From positions 14,446,001 to 14,510,000 of the forward strand of contig OZ024744.1 in NCBI GenBank assembly GCA_964016885.1: a DNA stretch of 64,000 nucleotides, given 5' to 3'. Positions within the stretch are counted from its first letter, which is position 1. Each line of letters opens with the position of its first letter. This DNA comes from Eledone cirrhosa. Taxonomy: Eukaryota. The notes below the pieces were generated by a model, which worked only from the letters and a program-made list of their open reading frames with translations, made no database searches and was not told the origin of the DNA. Position numbers and translations under genes: made by a program. Below, piece after piece: positions 26,401 through 41,400 of this stretch.

Positions 26401-29400
26401 GCCGCAATTGCAAGGCCAATGCTCTAACCACTAAGTCATGTGCCTCCATTGCAAGGCCAATGCTCTAACCACTAAGCCATGTGCCTCCATTGCAAAGCCA
26501 ATGCTCTAACCACTAAGCCATGTGCCTCCATTGCAAGGTCAATGCTCTGAACCACTAGGTCATGTGCCTCAATTGCAAGGCCAATGCTCTAACCACTAAG
26601 CCATGTGCCTCACTTGCAGGGCCAATGCTCTAACCACTAAGCCATGTGACTCCATTGCAAGGCCAATCCTCTTACCACTAAGCCATGTGCCTCCATTGCA
26701 AGGCCAATACTCTAACCACTAAGTCATGTGCCTCCATTGCAACGCCAATGCTCTAACCACTAAGTCATGTGCCTCCATTGCAAGGCCAATGCTCTAACCA
26801 CTAAGTCATGCGCCTCCATTGCAAGGCCAATGCTCTAACCACTAAGCCATGTGCCTCCATTGCAAGGCCAATGCTCTAACCACTAAGCCATGTGCCTCCA
26901 TTACAAGGCCAATGCTCTAAACACTAAGCCATGTGCCTCCATTGCAAGATCAATGCTCTAACCACTAAGTCATCTGCCTCCATTGCAAGGCCAATGCTCT
27001 AACCACTACGTCACCTGCCTCCATTGCAAGGCCAATGCTCTAACCACTAAACCATGTGCCTCCATTGCAAGGCCAATGCTCTAACCACTAAGCCATGTGC
27101 CTCCATTGCAAGGCCAATGCTCTAACCACTAAGTCATGTGCCTCCATTGCTAGGCCAATGCTCTGACCACTAAGCCATGTGCCTCCATTGCAAGTCAATG
27201 CTCTAACCACTAAGCCATGTGCCTCCATTGCAAGGCCAATGCTCTAACCACTAAGCCATGTGCCTCCATTGCAAGACCAATGCTCTAACCACTAAGTCAT
27301 CTGCCTCCATTGCAAGGCCAATGCTCTAACCACTAAGTCACCTGCCTCCATTGCAAGGCCAATGCTCTAACCACTAAACCATGTGCCTCCATTGCAAGGC
27401 CAATGCTCTAACCACTAAGCCATGTGCCTCCATTGCAAGGCCAATGCTCTGACCACTAAGCCATGTGCCTCCATTGCAAGTCAATGCTCTAACCACTAAG
27501 CCATGTGCCTCCATTGCAAGGCCAATGCTCTAACCACTAAGTCATGTGCCTCCATTGCAAGGCCAATGCTCTAACCACTAAGCCATGTGCCTCCATTGCA
27601 AGGCCAATGCTCTAACCACTAAACCATGTGCATCCATTGTAAGGCTAATGCTCTAACCACTAAGCCATGTGCCTCCATTGCAAGCCCAATGCTCTAACCA
27701 CTAAGCCATGTGCCTCCATTGCAAGGCCAATGTTCTAACCACTAAGTCATGTGCCTCCATTGCAAGGCCAATGCTCTAACCACTAAGCCATGTGCCTCCA
27801 TTGCAAGGCCAATGATCTAACCACTAAGCAATGTGCCTACATTGCAAAACCAATGCTCTAACCACTAAGCCATGTGCCTCCATTGCAAGGCCAATGCTCT
27901 AACCACTAAGTCATGTACCTCCATTGCAAGGCCAATGCTCTAACCACTAAGCCATGTGCCTCCATTGCAAGGCCAATGCTCTAACCACTAAATCATGTGC
28001 CTCCATTGCAAGGCCAATGCACTAACCACTAAGTCATATGCCTCCATTGCAAGGCCAATGCTCTAACCACTAAGCCATGTGCCTCCATTGCAAGGCCAAT
28101 GCTCTAACTACTAAGCCATGTGCCTCCATTGCAAGGCCAATGCTCTAACCACTAAGCCATGTGCTTCCATTGCAAGGCCAATGCTCTAACCATTAAGCCA
28201 TGTGCCTCCATTGCAAGGCCAATGCTCTAACCACTAAGCCATGTGCCTCCATTGAAAGGCCAATACTCTGAACCACTAAGTCATGTGCCTCAATTGCAAG
28301 GCCAATGCTCTAACCACTAAGCCATGTGCCTCCCTTGCAAGGCCAATGCTCTAACCACTAAGTCATGTGACTCCATTGCAAGGCCAATGCTCTAACCACT
28401 AAGCCATGTGCCTCCATTGCAAAGCCAATGCTCTAACCACTAAGTCATGTGCCTCCATTGCAACGCCAATGCTCTAACCACTAAGTCATGTGCCTCCACT
28501 GCAAGGCCAATGCTCTAACCACTAAGCCATGTGCCTCCATTGCAAGATAATGCTCTAACCACTAAGCCATGTGCCGCAATTGCAAGGCCAATGCTCTAAC
28601 CACTAAGTCATGTGCCTCCATTGCAAGGCCAATGCTCTAACCACTAAGCCATGTGCCTCCATTGCAAAGCCAATGCTCTAACCACTAAGCCATGTGCCTC
28701 CATTGCAAGGTCAATGCTCTGAACCACTAGGTCATGTGCCTCAATTGCAAGGCCAATGCTCTAACCACTAAGCCATGTGCCTCACTTGCAAGGCCAATGC
28801 TCTAACCACTAAGCCATGTGACTCCATTGCAAGGCCAATCCTCTTACCACTAAGCCATGTGCCTCCATTGCAAGGCCAATACTCTAACCACTAAGTCATG
28901 TGCCTCCATTGCAACGCCAATGCTCTAACCACTAAGTCATGTGCCTCCATTGCAAGGCCAATGCTCTAACCACTAAGTCATGCGCCTCCATTGCAAGGCC
29001 AATGCTCTAACCACTAAGCCATGTGCCTCCATTGCAAGGCCAATGCTCTAACCACTAAGCCATGTGCCTCCATTACAAGGCCAATGCTCTAAACACTAAG
29101 CCATGTGCCTCCATTGCAAGATCAATGCTCTAACCACTAAGTCATCTGCCTCCATTGCAAGGCCAATGCTCTAACCACTACGTCACCTGCCTCCATTGCA
29201 AGGCCAATGCTCTAACCACTAAACCATGTGCCTCCATTGCAAGGCCAATGCTCTAACCACTAAGCCATGTGCCTCCATTGCAAGGCCAATGCTCTAACCA
29301 CTAAGTCATGTGCCTCCATTGCTAGGCCAATGCTCTGACCACTAAGCCATGTGCCTCCATTGCAAGTCAATGCTCTAACCACTAAGCCATGTGCCTCCAT

Positions 29401-32400
29401 TGCAAGGCCAATGCTCTAACCACTAAGTCATGTGCCTCCATTGCAAGGCCAATGCTCTAACCACTAAGCCATGTGCCTCCTTTGCAATGCCAATGCTCTA
29501 ACCACTAAGCCATGTGCCTCCATTGCAAGGCCAATGCTCTAACCACTAAACCATGTGCCTCCACTGCAAGGCTAATGCTCTAACCACTAAGTCATGCGCC
29601 TCCATTCAAGGCCAATGCCCTAACCACTAAGCCATGTGCCTCCATTGCAAGATAATGCTCTAACCACTAAGCCATGTGCCTCCATTGCAAGGCCAATGTT
29701 CTAACCACTAAGTCTTGTGCCTCCATTGCAAGGCCAATGCTCTAACCACTAAGCCATGTGCCTCCATTGCAAGGCCAATGCTCTAACCTCTAAGTCATCT
29801 ACCTCCAATGAAGGGCCAATGCTCTAACCACTAAGCCATGTGCCGCAATTGCAAGGCCAATGCTCTAACCACTAAGTCATGTGCCTCCATTGCAAGGCCA
29901 ATGCTCTAACCACTAAGCCATGTGCCTCCATTGCAAAGCCAATGCTCTAACCACTAAGCCATGTGCCTCCATTGCAAGGTCAATGCTCTGAACCACTAGG
30001 TCATGTGCCTCAATTGCAAGGCCAATGCTCTAACCACTAAGCCATGTGCCTCACTTGCAAGGCCAATGCTCTAACCACTAAGCCATGTGACTCCATTGCA
30101 AGGCCAATCCTCTTACCACTAAGCCATGTGCCTCCATTGCAAGGCCAATACTCTAACCACTAAGTCATGTGCCTCCATTGCAACGCCAATGCTCTAACCA
30201 CTAAGTCATGTGCCTCCATTGCAAGGCCAATGCTCTAACCACTAAGTCATGCGCCTCCATTGCAAGGCCAATGCTCTAACCACTAAGCCATGTGCCTCCA
30301 TTGCAAGGCCAATGCTCTAACCACTAAGCCATGTGCCTCCATTACAAGGCCAATGCTCTAAACACTAAGCCATGTGCCTCCATTGCAAGATCAATGCTCT
30401 AACCACTAAGTCATCTGCCTCCATTGCAAGGCCAATGCTCTAACCACTAAGTCACCTGCCTCCATTGCAAGGCCAATGCTCTAACCACTAAACCATGTGC
30501 CTCCATTGCAAGGCCAATGCTCCAACCACTAAGCCATGTGCCTCCATTGCAAGGCCAATGCTCTAACCACTAAGTCATGTGCCTCCATTGCTAGGCCAAT
30601 GCTCTGACCACTAAGCCATGTGCCTCCATTGCAAGTCAATGCTCTAACCACTAAGCCATGTGCCTCCATTGCAAGGCCAATGCTCTAACCACTAAGTCAT
30701 GTGCCTCCATTGCAAGGCCAATGCTCTAACCACTAAGCCATGTGCCTCCTTTGCAATGCCAATGCTCTAACCACTAAGCCATGTGCCTCCATTGCAAGGC
30801 CAATGCTCTAACCACTAAACCATGTGCATCCATTGTAAGGCTAATGCTCTAACCACTAAGCCATGTGCCTCCATTGCAAGGCCAATGCTCTAACCACTAA
30901 GCCATGTGCCTCCATTGCAAGGCCAATGTTCTAACCACTAAGTCATGTGCCTCCATTGCAAGGCCAATGCTCTAACCACTAAGCCATGTGCCTCCATTGC
31001 AAGGCCAATGCTCTAACCACTAAGCCATGTGCCTCCATTGCAAGTCCAATGCTCTAACCACTAAGTCATGTGCCTACATTGCAAAACCAATGCTCTAACC
31101 ACTAAGCCATGTGCCTCCATTGCAAGGCCAATGCTCTAACCACTAAGTCATGTGCCTCCATTGCAAGGCGAATGCTCTAACCACTAAGTCATGTACCTCC
31201 ATTGCAAGGCCAATGCTCTAACCACTAAGCCATGTGCCTCCATTGCAAGGCCAATGCTCTAACCACTAAATCATGTGCCTCCATTGCAAGGCCAATGCAC
31301 TAACCGCTAAGTCATATGCCTCCACTGCAAGGCCAATGCTCTAACCACTAAGCCATGTGCCTCCATTGCAAGGCCAATGCTCTAACTACTAAGCCATGTG
31401 CCTCCATTGCAAGGCCAATGCTCTAACCACTAAGCCATGTGCCTCCATTGCAAGGCCAATGCTCTAACCATTAAGCCATGTGCCTCCATTGCAAGGCCAA
31501 TGCTCTAACCACTAAGCCATGTGCCTCCATTGCAAGGCCAATACTCTGAACCACTAAGCCATGTGCCTCCCTTGCAAGGCCAAAGCTCTAACCACTAAGT
31601 CATGTGACTCCATTGCAAGGCCAATGCTCTAACCACTAAGCCATGTGCATCCATTGCAAAGCCAATGCTCTAACCACTAAGTCATGTGCCTCCATTGCAA
31701 CGCCAATGCTCTAACCACTAAGTCATGTGCCTCCACTGCAAGGCTAATGCTCTAAACACTAAGTCATGCGCCTCCATTCAAGGCCAATGCTCTAACCACT
31801 AAGTCTTGTGCCTCCATTGCAAGGCCAATGCTCTAACCACTAAGCCATGTGCCTCCATTGCAAGGCCAATGCTCTAACCTCTAAGTCATCTACCTCCAAT
31901 GAAGGGCCAATGCTCTAACCACTAAGCCATGTGCCGCAATTGCAAGGCCAATGCTCTAACCACTAAGTCATGTGCCTCCATTGCAAGGCCAATGCTCTAA
32001 CCACTAAGCCATGTGCCTCCATTGCAAAGCCAATGCTCTAACCACTAAGCCATGTGCCTCCATTGCAAGGTCAATGCTCTGAACCACTAGGTCATGTGCC
32101 TCAATTGCAAGGCCAATGCTCTAACCACTAAGCCATGTGCCTCACTTGCAAGGCCAATGCTCTAACCACTAAGCCATGTGACTCCATTGCAAGGCCAATC
32201 CTCTTACCACTAAGCCATGTGCCTCCATTGCAAGGCCAATACTCTAACCACTAAGTCATGTGCCTCCATTGCAACGCCAATGCTCTAACCACTAAGTCAT
32301 GTGCCTCCATTGCAAGGCCAATGCTCTAACCACTAAGTCATGCGCCTCCATTGCAAGGCCAATGCTCTAACGTCTAAGCCATGTGCCTCCATTGCAAGGC

Positions 32401-35400
32401 CAATGTTCTAACCACTAAGACTTGTGCCTCCATTGCAAGGCCAATGCTCTAACCACTAAGCCATGTGCCTCCATTGCAAGGCCAATGCTCTAACCACTAA
32501 GTCATTTACCTCCATTGCAGGGCCAATGCTCTAACCTCTAAGTCATCTACCTCCAATGCAGGGCCAATGCTCTAACCACTAAGCCATGTGCCGCAATTGC
32601 AAGGCCAATGCTCTAACCACTAAGTCATGTGCCTCCATTGCAAGGCCAATGCTCTAACCACTAAGCCATGTGCCTCCACTGCAAGGCCAATGCTCTAACC
32701 ACTAAGCCATGTGCCTCCATTGCAAGGTCAATGCTCTGAACCACTAGGTCATGTGCCTCAATTGCAAGGCCAATGCTCTAACCACTAAGCCATGTGCCTC
32801 ACTTGCAAGGCCAATGCTCTAACCACTAAGCCATGTGACTCCATTGCAAGGCCAATCCTCTTACCACTAAGCCATGTGCCTCCATTGCAAGGCCAATACT
32901 CTAACCACTAAGTCATGTGCCTCCATTGCAACGCCAATGCTCTAACCACTAAGTCATGTGCCTCCATTGCAAGGCCAATGCTCTAACCACTAAGTCATGC
33001 GCCTCCATTGCAAGGCCAATGCTCTAACGTCTAAGCCATGTGCCTCCATTGCAAGGCCAATGTTCTAACCACTAAGACTTGTGCCTCCATTGCAAGGCCA
33101 ATGCTCTAACCACTAAGCCATGTGCCTCCATTGCAAGGCCAATGCTCTAACCACTAAGTCATTTACCTCCATTGCAGGGCCAATGCTCTAACCTCTAAGT
33201 CATCTACCTCCAATGCAGGGCCAATGCTCTAACCACTAAGCCATGTGCCGCAATTGCAAGGCCAATGCTCTAACCACTAAGTCATGTGCCTCCATTGCAA
33301 GGCCAATGCTCTAACCACTAAGCCATGTGCCTCCACTGCAAGGCCAATGCTCTAACCACTAAGCCATGTGCCTCCATTGCAAGGTCAATGCTCTGAACCA
33401 CTAGGTCACGTGCCTCAATTGCAAGGCCAATGCTCTAACCACTAAGCCATGTGCCTCCCTTGCAAGGCCAATGCTCTAACCACTAAGCCATGTGACTCCA
33501 TTGCAAGGCCAATGCTCTTACCACTAAGCCATATGCCTCCATTGCAAGGCCAATACTCTAACCACTAAGTCATGTGCCTCCATTGCAAAGCCAATGCTCT
33601 AACCACTAAGTCATGCGCCTCCATTGCAAGGCCAATGCTCTAACCACTAAGCCATGTGCCTCCATTGCAAGGCCAATGTTCTAGCCACTAAGTCATGCGC
33701 CTCCATTGCAAGGCCAATGCTCTAACCACTAAGCCATGTGCCTCCATTGCAAGGCCAATGCTCTAACCACTAAGCCATGTGCCTCCATTACAAGGCCAAT
33801 GCTCTAAACACTAAGCCATGTGCCTCCATTGCAAGACCAATGCTCTAACCACTAAGTCATCTGCCTCCATTGCAAAGCCAATGCTCTAACCACTAAGTCA
33901 CCTGCCTCCATTGCAAGGCCAATGCTCTAACCACTAAACCATGTGCCTCCATTGCAAGGCCAATGCTCTAACCACTAAGCCATGTGCCTCCATTGCAAGG
34001 CCAATGCTCTAACCACTAAGTCATGTGCCTCCATTGCTAGGCCAATGCTCTGACCACTAAGCCATGTGCCTCCATTGCAAGGCCAATGCTCTAACCACTA
34101 AACCATGTGCATCCATTGTAAGGCTAATGCTCTAACCACTAAGCCATGTGCCTCCATTGCAAGGCCAATGCTCTAACCACTAAGCCATGTGCCTCCATTG
34201 CAAGGCCAATGTTCTAACCACTAAGTCATGTGCCTCCATTGCAAGGCCAATGCTCTAACCACTAAGCCATGTGCCTCCATTGCAAGGCCAATGATCTAAC
34301 CACTAAGCAATGTGCCTACATTGCAAAACCAATGCTCTAACCACTAAGCCATGTGCCTCCATTGCAAGGCCAATGCTCTAACCACTAAGTCATGTGCCTC
34401 CATTGCAAGGCGAATGCTCTAACCACTAAGTCATGTACCTCCATTGCAAGGCCAATGCTCTAACCACTAAGCCATGTGCCTCCATTGCAAGGCCAATGCT
34501 CTAACCACTAAATCATGTGCCTCCATTGCAAGGCCAATGCACTAACCACTAAGTCATATGCCTCCATTGCAAGGCCAATGCTCTAACCACTAAGCCATGT
34601 GCCTCCATTGCAAGGCCAATGCTCTAACTACTAAGCCATGTGCCTCCATTGCAAGGCCAATGCTCTAACCACTAAGCCATGTGCCTCCATTGCAAGGCCA
34701 ATACTCTGAACCACTAAGCCATGTGCCTCCCTTGCAAGGCCAAAGCTCTAACCACTAAGTCATGTGACTCCATTGCAAGGCCAATGCTCTAACCACTAAG
34801 CCATGTGCATCCATTGCAAAGCCAATGCTCTAACCACTAAGTCATGTGCCTCTATTGCAACGCCAATGCTCTAACCACTAAGTCATGTGCCTCTACTGCA
34901 AGGCTAATGCTCTAACCACTAAGTCATGCGCCTCCATTCAAGGCCAATGCTCTAACCACTAAGTCTTGTGCCTCCATTGCAAGGCCAATGCTCTAACCAC
35001 TAAGCCATGTGCCTCCATTGCAAGGCCAATGCTCTAACCTCTAAGTCATCTACCTCCAATGAAGGGCCAATGCTCTAACCACTAAGCCATGTGCCGCAAT
35101 TGCAAGGCCAAAGCTCTAACCACTAAGTCATGTGCCTCCATTGCAAGGCCAATGCTCTAACCACTAAGCCATGTGCCTCCATTGCAAAGCCAATGCTCTA
35201 ACCACTAAGCCATGTGCCTCCATTGCAAGGTCAATGCTCTGAACCACTAGGTCATGTGCCTCAATTGCAAGGCCAATGCTCTAACCACCAAGCCATGTGC
35301 CTCACTTGCAAGGCCAATGCTCTAACCACTAAGCCATGTGACTCCATTGCAAGGCCAATCCTCTTACCACTAAGCCATGTGCCTCCATTGCAAGGCCAAT

Positions 35401-38400
35401 ACTCTAACCACTAAGTCATGTGCCTCCATTGCAACGCCAATGCTCTAACCACTAAGTCATGTGCCTCCATTGCAAGGCCAATGCTCTAACCACTAAGTCA
35501 TGCGCCTCCATTGCAAGGCCAATGCTCTAACCTCTAAGCCATGTGCCTCCATTGCAAGGCCAATGTTCTAACCACTAAGACTTGTGCCTCCATTGCAAGG
35601 CCAATGCTCTAACCACTAAGCCATGTGCCTCCATTGCAAGGCAAATGCTCTAACCACTAAGTCATTTACCTCCATTGCAGGGCCAATGCTCTAACCTCTA
35701 AGTCATCTACCTCCAATGCAGGGCCAATGCTCTAACCACTAAGCCATGTGCCTCCATTGCAAGTCAATGCTCTAACCACTAAGCCATGTGCCTCCATTGC
35801 AAGGCCAATGCTCTAACCACTAAGTCATGTGCCTCCATTGCAAGGCCAATGCTCTAACCACTAAGCCATGTGCCTCCTTTGCAATGCCAATGCTCTAACC
35901 ACTAAGCCATGTGCCTCCATTGCAAGGCCAATGCTCTAACCACTAAACCATGTGCATCCATTGTAAGGCTAATGCTCTAACCACTAAGCCATGTGCCTCC
36001 ATTGCAAGGCCAATGCTCTAACCACTAAGCCATGTGCCTCCATTGCAAGGCCAATGTTCTAACCACTAAGTCATGTGCCTCCATTGCAAGGCCAATGCTC
36101 TAACCACTAAGCCATGTGCCTCCATTGCAAGGCCAATGCTCTAACCACTAAGCCATGTGCCTCCATTGCAAGGCCAATGATCTAACCACTAAGCAATGTG
36201 CCTACATTGCAAAACCAATGCTCTAACCACTAAGCCATGTGCCTCCATTGCAAGGCCAATGCTCTAACCACTAAGTCATGTGCCTCCATTGCAAGGCGAA
36301 TGCTCTAACCACTAAGTCATGTACCTCCATTGCAAGGCCAATGCTCTAACCACTAAGCCATGTGCCTCCATTGCAAGGCCAATGATCTAACCACTAAGCA
36401 ATGTGCCTACATTGCAAAACCAATGCTCTAACCACTAAGCCATGTGCCTCCATTGCAAGGCCAATACTCTGAACCACTAAGCCATGTGCCTCCCTTGCAA
36501 GGCCAAAGCTCTAACCACTAAGTCATGTGACTCCATTGCAAGGCCAATGCTCTAACCACTAAGCCATGTGCATCCATTGCAAAGCCAATGCTCTAACCAC
36601 TAAGTCATGTGCCTCCATTGCAACGCCAATGCTCTAACCACTAAGTCATGTGCCTCCACTGCAAGGCTAATGCTCTAAACACTAAGTCATGCGCCTCCAT
36701 TCAAGGCCAATGCTCTAACCACTAAGTCTTGTGCCTCCATTGCAAGGCCAATGCTCTAACCACTAAGCCATGTGCCTCCATTGCAAGGCCAATGCTCTAA
36801 CCTCTAAGTCATCTACCTCCAATGAAGGGCCAATGCTCTAACCACTAAGCCATGTGCCGCAATTGCAAGGCCAATGCTCTAACCACTAAGTCATGTGCCT
36901 CCATTGCAAGGCCAATGCTCTAACCACTAAGCCATGTGCCTCCATTGCAAAGCCAATGCTCTAACCACTAAGCCATGTGCCTCCATTGCAAGGTCAATGC
37001 TCTGAACCACTAGGTCATGTGCCTCAATTGCAAGGCCAATGCTCTAACCACTAAGCCATGTGCCTCACTTGCAAGGCCAATGCTCTAACCACTAAGCCAT
37101 GTGACTCCATTGCAAGGCCAATCCTCTTACCACTAAGCCATGTGCCTCCATTGCAAGGCCAATACTCTAACCACTAAGTCATGTGCCTCCATTGCAACGC
37201 CAATGCTCTAACCACTAAGTCATGTGCCTCCATTGCAAGGCCAATGCTCTAACCACTAAGTCATGCGCCTCCATTGCAAGGCCAATGCTCTAACGTCTAA
37301 GCCATGTGCCTCCATTGCAAGGCCAATGTTCTAACCACTAAGACTTGTGCCTCCATTGCAAGGCCAATGCTCTAACCACTAAGCCATGTGCCTCCATTGC
37401 AAGGCCAATGCTCTAACCACTAAGTCATTTACCTCCATTGCAGGGCCAATGCTCTAACCTCTAAGTCATCTACCTCCAATGCAGGGCCAATGCTCTAACC
37501 ACTAAGCCATGTGCCGCAATTGCAAGGCCAATGCTCTAACCACTAAGTCATGTGCCTCCATTGCAAGGCCAATGCTCTAACCACTAAGCCATGTGCCTCC
37601 ACTGCAAGGCCAATGCTCTAACCACTAAGCCATGTGCCTCCATTGCAAGGTCAATGCTCTGAACCACTAGGTCATGTGCCTCAATTGCAAGGCCAATGCT
37701 CTAACCACTAAGCCATGTGCCTCACTTGCAAGGCCAATGCTCTAACCACTAAGCCATGTGACTCCATTGCAAGGCCAATCCTCTTACCACTAAGCCATGT
37801 GCCTCCATTGCAAGGCCAATACTCTAACCACTAAGTCATGTGCCTCCATTGCAACGCCAATGCTCTAACCACTAAGTCATGTGCCTCCATTGCAAGGCCA
37901 ATGCTCTAACCACTAAGTCATGCGCCTCCATTGCAAGGCCAATGCTCTAACGTCTAAGCCATGTGCCTCCATTGCAAGGCCAATGTTCTAACCACTAAGA
38001 CTTGTGCCTCCATTGCAAGGCCAATGCTCTAACCACTAAGCCATGTGCCTCCATTGCAAGGCCAATGCTCTAACCACTAAGTCATTTACCTCCATTGCAG
38101 GGCCAATGCTCTAACCTCTAAGTCATCTACCTCCAATGCAGGGCCAATGCTCTAACCACTAAGCCATGTGCCGCAATTGCAAGGCCAATGCTCTAACCAC
38201 TAAGTCATGTGCCTCCATTGCAAGGCCAATGCTCTAACCACTAAGCCATGTGCCTCCACTGCAAGGCCAATGCTCTAACCACTAAGCCATGTGCCTCCAT
38301 TGCAAGGTCAATGCTCTGAACCACTAGGTCACGTGCCTCAATTGCAAGGCCAATGCTCTAACCACTAAGCCATGTGCCTCCCTTGCAAGGCCAATGCTCT

Positions 38401-41400
38401 AACCACTAAGCCATGTGACTCCATTGCAAGGCCAATGCTCTTACCACTAAGCCATATGCCTCCATTGCAAGGCCAATACTCTAACCACTAAGTCATGTGC
38501 CTCCATTGCAAAGCCAATGCTCTAACCACTAAGTCATGCGCCTCCATTGCAAGGCCAATGCTCTAACCACTAAGCCATGTGCCTCCATTGCAAGGCCAAT
38601 GTTCTAGCCACTAAGTCATGCGCCTCCATTGCAAGGCCAATGCTCTAACCACTAAGCCATGTGCCTCCATTGCAAGGCCAATGCTCTAACCACTAAGCCA
38701 TGTGCCTCCATTACAAGGCCAATGCTCTAAACACTAAGCCATGTGCCTCCATTGCAAGACCAATGCTCTAACCACTAAGTCATCTGCCTCCATTGCAAAG
38801 CCAATGCTCTAACCACTAAGTCACCTGCCTCCATTGCAAGGCCAATGCTCTAACCACTAAACCATGTGCCTCCATTGCAAGGCCAATGCTCTAACCACTA
38901 AGCCATGTGCCTCCATTGCAAGGCCAATGCTCTAACCACTAAGTCATGTGCCTCCATTGCTAGGCCAATGCTCTGACCACTAAGCCATGTGCCTCCATTG
39001 CAAGGCCAATGCTCTAACCACTAAACCATGTGCATCCATTGTAAGGCTAATGCTCTAACCACTAAGCCATGTGCCTCCATTGCAAGGCCAATGCTCTAAC
39101 CACTAAGCCATGTGCCTCCATTGCAAGGCCAATGTTCTAACCACTAAGTCATGTGCCTCCATTGCAAGGCCAATGCTCTAACCACTAAGCCATGTGCCTC
39201 CATTGCAAGGCCAATGATCTAACCACTAAGCAATGTGCCTACATTGCAAAACCAATGCTCTAACCACTAAGCCATGTGCCTCCATTGCAAGGCCAATGCT
39301 CTAACCACTAAGTCATGTGCCTCCATTGCAAGGCGAATGCTCTAACCACTAAGTCATGTACCTCCATTGCAAGGCCAATGCTCTAACCACTAAGCCATGT
39401 GCCTCCATTGCAAGGCCAATGCTCTAACCACTAAATCATGTGCCTCCATTGCAAGGCCAATGCACTAACCACTAAGTCATATGCCTCCATTGCAAGGCCA
39501 ATGCTCTAACCACTAAGCCATGTGCCTCCATTGCAAGGCCAATGCTCTAACTACTAAGCCATGTGCCTCCATTGCAAGGCCAATGCTCTAACCACTAAGC
39601 CATGTGCCTCCATTGCAAGGCCAATACTCTGAACCACTAAGCCATGTGCCTCCCTTGCAAGGCCAAAGCTCTAACCACTAAGTCATGTGACTCCATTGCA
39701 AGGCCAATGCTCTAACCACTAAGCCATGTGCATCCATTGCAAAGCCAATGCTCTAACCACTAAGTCATGTGCCTCTATTGCAACGCCAATGCTCTAACCA
39801 CTAAGTCATGTGCCTCTACTGCAAGGCTAATGCTCTAACCACTAAGTCATGCGCCTCCATTCAAGGCCAATGCTCTAACCACTAAGTCTTGTGCCTCCAT
39901 TGCAAGGCCAATGCTCTAACCACTAAGCCATGTGCCTCCATTGCAAGGCCAATGCTCTAACCTCTAAGTCATCTACCTCCAATGAAGGGCCAATGCTCTA
40001 ACCACTAAGCCATGTGCCGCAATTGCAAGGCCAAAGCTCTAACCACTAAGTCATGTGCCTCCATTGCAAGGCCAATGCTCTAACCACTAAGCCATGTGCC
40101 TCCATTGCAAAGCCAATGCTCTAACCACTAAGCCATGTGCCTCCATTGCAAGGTCAATGCTCTGAACCACTAGGTCATGTGCCTCAATTGCAAGGCCAAT
40201 GCTCTAACCACTAAGCCATGTGCCTCACTTGCAAGGCCAATGCTCTAACCACTAAGCCATGTGACTCCATTGCAAGGCCAATCCTCTTACCACTAAGCCA
40301 TGTGCCTCCATTGCAAGGCCAATACTCTAACCACTAAGTCATGTGCCTCCATTGCAACGCCAATGCTCTAACCACTAAGTCATGTGCCTCCATTGCAAGG
40401 CCAATGCTCTAACCACTAAGTCATGCGCCTCCATTGCAAGGCCAATGCTCTAACCTCTAAGCCATGTGCCTCCATTGCAAGGCCAATGTTCTAACCACTA
40501 AGACTTGTGCCTCCATTGCAAGGCCAATGCTCTAACCACTAAGCCATGTGCCTCCATTGCAAGGCAAATGCTCTAACCACTAAGTCATTTACCTCCATTG
40601 CAGGGCCAATGCTCTAACCTCTAAGTCATCTACCTCCAATGCAGGGCCAATGCTCTAACCACTAAGCCATGTGCCTCCATTGCAAGTCAATGCTCTAACC
40701 ACTAAGCCATGTGCCTCCATTGCAAGGCCAATGCTCTAACCACTAAGTCATGTGCCTCCATTGCAAGGCCAATGCTCTAACCACTAAGCCATGTGCCTCC
40801 TTTGCAATGCCAATGCTCTAACCACTAAGCCATGTGCCTCCATTGCAAGGCCAATGCTCTAACCACTAAACCATGTGCATCCATTGTAAGGCTAATGCTC
40901 TAACCACTAAGCCATGTGCCTCCATTGCAAGGCCAATGCTCTAACCACTAAGCCATGTGCCTCCATTGCAAGGCCAATGTTCTAACCACTAAGTCATGTG
41001 CCTCCATTGCAAGGCCAATGCTCTAACCACTAAGCCATGTGCCTCCATTGCAAGGCCAATGCTCTAACCACTAAGCCATGTGCCTCCATTGCAAGGCCAA
41101 TGATCTAACCACTAAGCAATGTGCCTACATTGCAAAACCAATGCTCTAACCACTAAGCCATGTGCCTCCATTGCAAGGCCAATGCTCTAACCACTAAGTC
41201 ATGTGCCTCCATTGCAAGGCGAATGCTCTAACCACTAAGTCATGTACCTCCATTGCAAGGCCAATGCTCTAACCACTAAGCCATGTGCCTCCATTGCAAG
41301 GCCAATGCTCTAACCACTAAATCATGTGCCTCCATTGCAAGGCCAATGCACTAACCACTAAGTCATATGCCTCCATTGCAAGGCCAATGCTCTAACCACT

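Noticed and set aside
35214-35414. 66-aa ORF inside the satellite, or a repeat-protein gene
   Set aside because: It results from chance loss of stops in variant units. The unit length of 41 is not a multiple of 3, and each unit has two TAA on + and two TAG on -, so no long ORF is possible.
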